Shown here: piece after piece, positions 16,025-21,995 of the stretch
Position numbering within the stretch: position 1 is the first letter of the stretch
Layout of the letters: each line of letters starts with the position of its first letter
NCBI GenBank assembly: GCA_046758745.1
Contig: JBHIAV010000047.1
Location: forward strand, 1-21,995
Direction of reading: 5' to 3'
Length of the DNA: 21,995 nucleotides
DNA from: Gemmatimonadota bacterium
GTDB lineage: Bacteria > Gemmatimonadota > Gemmatimonadetes > Palauibacterales > Palauibacteraceae
Notes under the pieces: model-generated
Database searches by the model: none
What the model was told of the DNA's origin: nothing
What the model saw: only the letters and a program-made list of their open reading frames with translations
Translations under genes and position numbers: made by a program

Positions 16025-17320
16025 TTAGCAGGCCGGCGCCTCGTTGGGGAGGCCGAACCGGGGCCGGAGCCGCGTCCCTACCCACGTGCCCGGGAACGCC
16101 GCCGCGATCCACAGCCACCCGTGCAGGCTTCCCGAGGCGACCCCGGAGAAGAACGCCCCGATGTTGCAGCCGAAAGCGACCCGGGCCCCATACCCGAGCA
16201 GCAGCCCGGCCAGGATGGCGGCCACGAAAGGCCGCGGCGCGATGCGCTTCTGCAGCCGGTACCGCCCGCGCCACGCCGCAGCGGCGAGCGCGCCGAGCAC
16301 GATCCCGACGTCCATCACCGAGGTGACGTCCCGCGCGATCGGACGGGAGAGCGCGGCCCGGGGAAAGCCGACCGACCAGAAGCCGCTGCTGGCCGGATCC
16401 CAGCCCAGGAGCGTGGCTCCCTTCGCCCCCCACAGGCTGAACGCCCAGGTGATCGTCCACGGGTGACCGGCCAGGAGCAGAGTGAGAAAGTTGAGGACCG
16501 CCAGCGAGAGGCCCCCGATCACCAGCACCCGGTGGCCCCGGAGCCAGCGCGCGATGTCGCCGCCAGGAATGCTCATCTCGGGCCGGACCGATCCGGTACG
16601 CTCGGGATGGTCCGGGGCGCCGCCGAGGCGGCTGTAGACTCGCCGGCGCGTCCACAGCCCGAGCCCGCCGGCGATCGCGGCGAACGCGAGGAGCTGGAGC
16701 GCCACGGCCAACGGCCAGCCGAGCCCGTCCGCGAGGGAGACCGTGCCCAAGGAGGGAAGCCGGCTCCAGTACATCATGTGCAGGCTTCCGAGGAAGGCCC
16801 CTCCGCAGAACGCGACCAGCGTCAGGAGGTTGCGCGTGCTCCCGCCTCCGGCGCCGTACAGGGTGCCCGAGCCGCAGCCGTCCCCGAGCTGCATGCCGAT
16901 TCCGAACAGGAAGGCGCCGATCGCCACCTGCGCGCCGGCGGGCGCCAGCGCCCCCGCCACCGGACGGCCCGGGTTCACGAGCCCGGACAGCACCGGCGCG
17001 AAGAGCGCCGTCGCCACGGCCAGCATCAGGAGCTGCGCATAGAGGTGGGAGAAGTCGCCGTGAAGGATCGCCCGCCGGTAGCCCGAGGTGAAGCCGAACC
17101 CGGTCGCGAGAAGGGTGACGCCGAGCAGGGCCCCGATGGCGAAGAGCGCCCCGTAGCGCCACCCCTGCGCGCTCAGGATCGCGGCCCCGGCCGCCAGCGC
17201 GAGAAGGCTCAGCGCGAGCGGTGGCATCTGCGGCCTGCGGGCCGGGCGGGCAGGTCCCGCGCCCGTCGCCTGGACGCCGAGCGGCGCGCCGCCAGGATTC
17301 GCTAGCTCCGTCTCAGCCAT
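16025..17320 (-). CDS. YeeE/YedE (TsuA-like) thiosulfate/sulfur-compound transporter
   Basis: Polytopic membrane protein with FGFTS, LFGIGMQLGDGCGSGTLY and GYGARVAFGCNIGAFFSG (conserved Cys-containing loops of the family). Confidence 0.9.
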   Translation of the reverse strand: MAETELANPGGAPLGVQATGAGPARPARRPQMPPLALSLLALAAGAAILSAQGWRYGALFAIGALLGVTLLATGFGFTSGYRRAILHGDFSHLYAQLLMLAVATALFAPVLSGLVNPGRPVAGALAPAGAQVAIGAFLFGIGMQLGDGCGSGTLYGAGGGSTRNLLTLVAFCGGAFLGSLHMMYWSRLPSLGTVSLADGLGWPLAVALQLLAFAAIAGGLGLWTRRRVYSRLGGAPDHPERTGSVRPEMSIPGGDIARWLRGHRVLVIGGLSLAVLNFLTLLLAGHPWTITWAFSLWGAKGATLLGWDPASSGFWSVGFPRAALSRPIARDVTSVMDVGIVLGALAAAAWRGRYRLQKRIAPRPFVAAILAGLLLGYGARVAFGCNIGAFFSGVASGSLHGWLWIAAAFPGTWVGTRLRPRFGLPNEAPAC

Positions 17321-17341
17321 CCTAGCTCCGTCTCAACCATC
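17302..17341. repeat. 20-bp tandem duplication (1 mismatch) spanning the YeeE/YedE start codon
   Basis: CTAGCTCCGTCTCAGCCATC (17302-17321) followed by CTAGCTCCGTCTCAACCATC (17322-17341). Confidence 0.85.
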
Positions 17342-17466
17342 TCCCTCCATTCGATTCGGCTGGCGAGGCAACAAAGTCCGGCTCTTGACGGGTTCCGACC
17401 ATCCACGGCCGAAGGTGCACAGAAGGTGTACAGAACAGACCGGCCAGCCGGGCCCTCGTCGTGCAG

Positions 17467-18336
17467 CTACACCAGTTTCTTCTGTACCCGCGAGCTTACC
17501 AGCGCGTAGGCGGCGAATAGCCCGAGCATGGCGGCCACGAGGGCCCATACGGACACCCCGAGCCAGGCCGGCGCCTGCCTGCCCGACACCGAGGTGAGCT
17601 TCTCCATCTGCATCAAGCCCAGCATCAGCACCATAGCGATCTTCACGGCCATGAAGAACCTGAGCTCGGTGGCCCTCAGAGCCTCATCCAGCTCCAGCGC
17701 GCGCTCGGGACTTCCGTGGAACGCGCGGCTGCGCTGAGGAAGCGCCACGGAGGCGCGCGCGTAGCGGGAGGACAGGTACAGGCAGCCGAGCACATAGATC
17801 GCCTGCATGATCGGGAGCACGAACAGCCCGGCCGTGGACGTCGATTCCCCAGGCGCAGTGCCGGAGATCACCCGGCCCGTGACCCCGATCGTCGCCAGAA
17901 GGAGGGCTACCGGCACCCACTCCCACACAGGTGAGTAGTACCGTCCGATGGATCGCCTTTCGAGCAGGGCCGATCGCGTGGCGGGCTCGGGCAAGGCCCC
18001 GGCCATGGCCGCGACCTCGTGTCGATCGTGGAGGTAGCCCGCCAGGAGAGCGGCGCTCGACAGAACCGAGATCACGGCGAGCGCCAGCTTGCTGCCTCCT
18101 CGATCGAAGCCGATGACGAAGGTGGCGAGCACCGCGGCGATCAACAGGACCGCGCCGAGCGCGTAGCGGAGACCGCCCGCGCGACGCTTGAATCGGTCCG
18201 CAGCGCCCTCGACGTCGGCCGGAAGTCCCTCCGTGCCGACCAGGTAGTCGGGGAGGGCGCGGGTAAACCGGACCGAGACGAACTGAAAGGCCACCACCTG
18301 AGCGGAGACCACGAGAAACAGGATCTCTTTATTCAT
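17467..18336 (-). CDS. Hypothetical multi-pass membrane protein co-transcribed with the GntR regulator
   Basis: 289 aa, about 6-7 hydrophobic segments. ATG overlaps the GntR stop (ATGA, 18333-18336). Confidence 0.8.
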   Translation of the reverse strand: MNKEILFLVVSAQVVAFQFVSVRFTRALPDYLVGTEGLPADVEGAADRFKRRAGGLRYALGAVLLIAAVLATFVIGFDRGGSKLALAVISVLSSAALLAGYLHDRHEVAAMAGALPEPATRSALLERRSIGRYYSPVWEWVPVALLLATIGVTGRVISGTAPGESTSTAGLFVLPIMQAIYVLGCLYLSSRYARASVALPQRSRAFHGSPERALELDEALRATELRFFMAVKIAMVLMLGLMQMEKLTSVSGRQAPAWLGVSVWALVAAMLGLFAAYALVSSRVQKKLV

Positions 18337-18743
18337 CGTTCCTCATCTCCGGAAGGGGTCCGAGGCTGTTTCGCACCGAGGCTACGTCGGAGAGCTTCGA
18401 GGACCTCGCGGTCGTCCACGCCGAGGTGCGCGATCTCCGCCAGCAACCGGCCCACGGCCTCCTCGAGCCGGCGATCCACTCCCCTGGCGGCGCTGGCATC
18501 GGCGGACTCGGCCACGAAGGTTCCGCGGCGGCTAAGGGTCCGGAGGATTCCCTCGCGCTCGAGCAGCATATACGCCTTGGCCACCGTGTTCGGGTTGACC
18601 TCGAGCTCCGAGGCCAGCTGTCGGACGGAGGGCAGCGGGCTTCCAGGCGGAAGCGTGGCGTCGCCTACCCGTGCTCGCAGCTGATCCATGATCTGGATGT
18701 AGACAGGCGACTCGTTCTCAAGATCGATGACGAGATGTCGCAC
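18333..18743 (-). CDS. GntR family transcriptional regulator, YtrA subfamily
   Basis: 136 aa. PVYIQIMDQL..LPPGSPLPSVRQLASELEVNPNTVAKAY..LEREG..RRGTFV wHTH followed by the short C-terminal helix typical of YtrA. GGAGG RBS. Confidence 0.92.
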   Translation of the reverse strand: MRHLVIDLENESPVYIQIMDQLRARVGDATLPPGSPLPSVRQLASELEVNPNTVAKAYMLLEREGILRTLSRRGTFVAESADASAARGVDRRLEEAVGRLLAEIAHLGVDDREVLEALRRSLGAKQPRTPSGDEER

Positions 18744-18817
18744 CTACCAGCCTCCGCCTCTGTCTCTCCTGGGCCGGCGGCTCCGGGCCCCGCAACGATT
18801 CTCCCTGTATAGCCGCC

Positions 18818-18866
18818 ACTGTAGTAGCTGTACTAGTACAGTATAGCTCCGGCACGGGGATGTCAA
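18818..18866 (-). promoter_or_regulatory. sigma70-type promoter with overlapping YtrA-type operator
   Basis: Minus strand TTGACA (18866-18861), 17 nt, TACTGT (18843-18838). Operator ACTGTA-N13-TACAGT (18818-18842); the 10-bp arms ACTGTAGTAG / CTAGTACAGT differ by 1 mismatch. Confidence 0.75.
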
Positions 18867-19078
18867 GAGGGCTCGGCGCGCAGATCACGGGGGGCGGCCT
18901 GACCTCGGCCAGGGCGATCAGGGAGCGCCGGCCGACGAACCCGATGTCGAGCGCTCCGGAACACTCCCACTCGAGGTCGTCTTCAAGACCTGGCGGCAAA
19001 CCCTGCGACCGTTGCGCGCCGACGGTTGTGTGCATCCAATCCTCGGCCAGCCCGTGATCCCCCGTCACCGGAGCCCGA

Positions 19079-19880
19079 GTGGCGGCGCTGCCCAACCCGG
19101 CGGCCGGCGCGGAGGAGGGCCCCGTGACCTCCGTCACGTTCGACGCCGAAGGCCGGCTGTGGGTGGTCCGGGACACTGCCCTTCTCCGGCGCTCTCCCGC
19201 TGGAGCGTGGGAAGTCCTGAATGATGCTCTGCCGAACCACGAGGATCCCCATCTCGTTCGACCCAACCTGTGGGGGGCGTCGATGTGGCCACCTCGGACG
19301 GCGTCTGGGAGCTGGGGCCGTCGGGCGCGGGGACGAAGCTAACGGACGTGACTCGCGTCATCGACATTGTCCCCTGGCCGGACGGCCGCCGCTCGCTTCT
19401 CTCGCGAGCGCCGGCCCGCGTGATCGAAGTCAACGGTCCCGGGGATCGTTCCGCCCGGACCGTTCTTTCGCTGGACGAACGGGGCATTGATCTCGCCCGT
19501 CGCGGCGCGACGCTGTGGGTCAGCTCTGCGCGCCACATCACGGCCATCTCTCCCGGCGCTGCGCCCAGGGTGCTCGGCCCGGAGGTGGGTGTCGAAGGAG
19601 GGGGACGTTCACCGGACTCTTCGAGTATCCCGAGCCCGAGACACAGATCTGGACAGAGCATGAGGGACTGCCTTCGTCGCACACCCGATTCCTCGCTCGC
19701 ACGGGAGACACGGTGTGGGTGACGGCGTGGGGCTTCGGGAGGAGGCCCGGGAGAACGAGGGCGGCGGCCTGGGATTGCGGAGCATGCGCCAGCGGGCGGA
19801 GGAGATCGGCGCGGAGATCCGGTGGCGGCCGGCGAGCGGCGGCGGAACGAGCGTCGTGGTCGTCTTCCCGCTGCGGAGGG
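19079..19880 (+). pseudogene. Degraded two-component sensor histidine kinase (beta-propeller sensor fragments fused to an HATPase_c tail)
   Basis: Fragments across several frame changes: VTSVTFDAEGRLWVV; GVDVATSDGVWEL..RGIDLARRGATLWVS; TFTGLFEYPEPETQIWTEHEGLPSSHTRFLARTGDTVWV; then DGVG..GGLGLRSMRQRAEEIGAEIRW..GGGTSVVVVFP (G1/G2 boxes of NarX/DesK-type kinases). Boundaries approximate. Confidence 0.7.
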
Positions 19881-20231
19881 GACGGCCGGGGCCGCTGTTC
19901 CTGATCGGCCACAGCTCCGGCTCCGGGGTTGTCACACCGGGTCCGGGGGTGACACCAAGTGCCCTTCGTCGGGTTGTGACACCTGGCGAAGTGTCCACGC
20001 CCCCTTGACAGGTTTCGGAGCGGGGATGTTGCGAGGAGCCGTGCCCGCTTCCGGAGCCGGCCCTGGATCCGGCCGCCTTCCCTCCTGACCTCCGTTCCCC
20101 GCTGCGGCGGATTCATTTGCCCTCCGCGCCTGAGTTCTCGCGATACGGAGCGATCTCAGAGCCCGAAAAAGGGGGTGTATATTGGAGACATGGTTTCGGG
20201 TTCTGTTCGGTGCACATTGAGGAGACAACGT

Positions 20232-21668
20232 ATGGTCCGCTTCGCCCCCCACTTCACTCCCGCCCTGCTCGTGTGCGAGACGGCCCGGGCTTATCCGGAG
20301 GCGGAGCCCGAGGCATCGGCCTCGGAGGCCGACGTCCTGGACGCGCTGGAGGAGGAGATCGCGGTCCTCGCCGCCCACATTCATGCCGGTACCCACCGAC
20401 TGCTCACCCTCGTGGCGGAGTTCGACCGCCGGCGTGGCTGGGAGCGGGGCGGCCACCGCTCCTGCGCCCACTGGCTGGCCTTCCGCACCGGGATCGACCT
20501 CGGAGCCTGCCGGGAGAAGGTGCGGGCGGCCCGGGCCCTGACGGAGTTGCCCCTCACCCGGGCCTCCATGGGCCGGGGCGAGCTCTCCTTCTCTGCCGTG
20601 CGGGCCCTCACCCGAGTGGCCACCCCCGAGAACGAGGCGGACCTCCTGGAGCTGGCCCGGGGAGCAACGGCCCTCCAGCTCGAGCGCATGGTCCGCGGCT
20701 TCAAGCTCGGCAGCAAGCAGGACGAGACCGAGAGAGAGAGGCTGCGTCACGAGAGCCGGGGGCTCTCCCTGTTCCCTGACGAGGAGGGCATGGTGGTGGT
20801 GCAGGGCCGGCTCACCCCCGAGGTGGGGGCGCTCCTCATGCGGGCCGTGGAGGCGGCCGCCGATGCCCTCTACAGGGAGAAAGGAGCCCCCGAACACGTT
20901 TCAGCGGAAACGTCCCGGACGGAGGCGACCGCCCGGAGACGGGCCGACGCCCTCGCCCTGGTGGCCGAGCGGGCCCTTGCGGCCGGGTTCGGGGAGAGCT
21001 CGGAGGAAGGGGAGGCTGCGGCCCCCCTCAGCGGCACCCGGGCCGAGCGCTACCAGGTGCTCCTGCATGTGGACGCGGACACGCTCTCGGCCGAGGGCGG
21101 CCTCGGCCGCTCGGAGCTGGAGAACGGCACCCGCGTTTCCGCTGAAACGTCCCGGCGCCTCGCCTGTGACTCTGCCGTGGTGAAAGTGAGTCACGGCCCC
21201 GGCGCCTCCGTCCTCGACGTGGGCCGAAGGACGCGCACCGTACCGCCGGCCATCCGGCGCGCCCTCGAGGTGAGGGATCGTGGCTGCCGGTTCCCCGGCT
21301 GCGGCCTCCGGTTCACCGATGCCCACCACGTCCGTCACTGGGCCGACGGAGGGGAGACGAAGCTGGAGAATCTCCTGCTCCTGTGCGCCCACCATCACCG
21401 GCTCGTCCACGAGCAGGGGTGGCGCGTCGAGTGGTGGGGCCGGGGCGCAGATCGGGCGCCTGCGTTCGTCGATCCCAGGGGGCAGGTGCACGTGGGCGGC
21501 AGGCGGCCGCCCGCCCCCGAGCTTCCGCCAGATCCCGTGGCGAACCTCGTCCAGCAGAATCAGCGATGCGGCGCCCGGCCCGATCTCCTCACCGCCGGCG
21601 CACGCTGGAAGCGCGAGGCCGACATCCCCGATTCCGTCTACTTCCGCGCCCTCGAGGCCATGCGGTGA
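20232..21668 (+). CDS. DUF222 (13E12-repeat-like) domain protein with C-terminal HNH endonuclease
   Basis: Start set at ATG 20232 (GAGGAG RBS). GHRSCAHWL..REKVRAARAL..GELSFSAVRALTR; RRADAL; RRLACD; RRALEVRDRGCRFPGC..DAHHVRHWADGGETKLENLLLLCAHHHRLVH. Confidence 0.9.
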   Translation: MVRFAPHFTPALLVCETARAYPEAEPEASASEADVLDALEEEIAVLAAHIHAGTHRLLTLVAEFDRRRGWERGGHRSCAHWLAFRTGIDLGACREKVRAARALTELPLTRASMGRGELSFSAVRALTRVATPENEADLLELARGATALQLERMVRGFKLGSKQDETERERLRHESRGLSLFPDEEGMVVVQGRLTPEVGALLMRAVEAAADALYREKGAPEHVSAETSRTEATARRRADALALVAERALAAGFGESSEEGEAAAPLSGTRAERYQVLLHVDADTLSAEGGLGRSELENGTRVSAETSRRLACDSAVVKVSHGPGASVLDVGRRTRTVPPAIRRALEVRDRGCRFPGCGLRFTDAHHVRHWADGGETKLENLLLLCAHHHRLVHEQGWRVEWWGRGADRAPAFVDPRGQVHVGGRRPPAPELPPDPVANLVQQNQRCGARPDLLTAGARWKREADIPDSVYFRALEAMR

Positions 21669-21701
21669 GGACCTGGACGGTGTGTGCGCGCGTCTCGTCC
21701 C

Positions 21702-21995
21702 TCAGGGGGCTCGCAGCCCCACCGGCTTCCCGTCCAGCGCCCACGCGGGGTCGATCTCGATTCCAAGGTGGGCCAGCGCGGTAGGGGCCACGTCCACGAT
21801 CTCCGGAGGGCAGGCGGGGCGGCTCGGGGTCACCGACGGCCCGCTGGCCCGGAAGAAGATCGTCCGCTCCGAGGGAGAGGTCCCACCGTGGGCCCCCGCG
21901 TCGTTCCTCCCGTGATCCGTGCTCAGGAGCACCAGCCAGTCCTCGTCGTCGAAGGAGGGGCGGCTCCGGAGCGCGGCCACCAGCCGGCCCACGTG
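21702..21995 (-). CDS. 3' end of an alkaline phosphatase superfamily / nucleotide pyrophosphatase-phosphodiesterase protein (partial)
   Basis: WLVLLSTDHG..HGG..ERTIFF..VDVAPTALAHLG..WALDGKP. Runs off the window edge. Confidence 0.8.
   Translation of the reverse strand, partial: HVGRLVAALRSRPSFDDEDWLVLLSTDHGRNDAGAHGGTSPSERTIFFRASGPSVTPSRPACPPEIVDVAPTALAHLGIEIDPAWALDGKPVGLRAP

Noticed and set aside
20005..20035. TTGACA on the plus strand as a promoter for the DUF222/HNH gene
   Set aside because: No acceptable -10 hexamer 16-18 nt downstream.
20896..21150. Calling the palindromes true chromosomal parS sites
   Set aside because: The central CACGTG core and terminal T/A of the parS consensus are not matched (5 mismatches in 16), and no parAB or origin genes are nearby. 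Kept only as parS-like.

Overview
GC-rich bacterial window; gene content and signal-peptide style suggest Gemmatimonadota (inference only). Left end (minus strand): a complete pqqABCDE PQQ-biosynthesis operon. It includes a 25-aa PqqA precursor missing from the ORF track, its own sigma70-like promoter and a pqqA-pqqB hairpin, and it is translationally coupled to an ABC-2-type ATPase/permease pair. Upstream of it lie a secreted Ig-like/LVIVD beta-propeller protein, a 4-coumarate-CoA-ligase-like enzyme and a frameshifted Tat-type amidase. The middle holds an M61 aminopeptidase, small membrane proteins (one frameshifted) and three dispersed paralogs of an uncharacterised secreted acidic protein family. 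The right part has a YeeE/YedE transporter, a YtrA-type GntR regulator with a clear operator and promoter plus a membrane partner, and a collapsed sensor-kinase pseudogene. It ends with a DUF222/HNH gene carrying two mutually inverted internal palindromes and the 3' end of an alkaline-phosphatase-superfamily gene. Family assignments come from motif recognition by eye, not from database searches.
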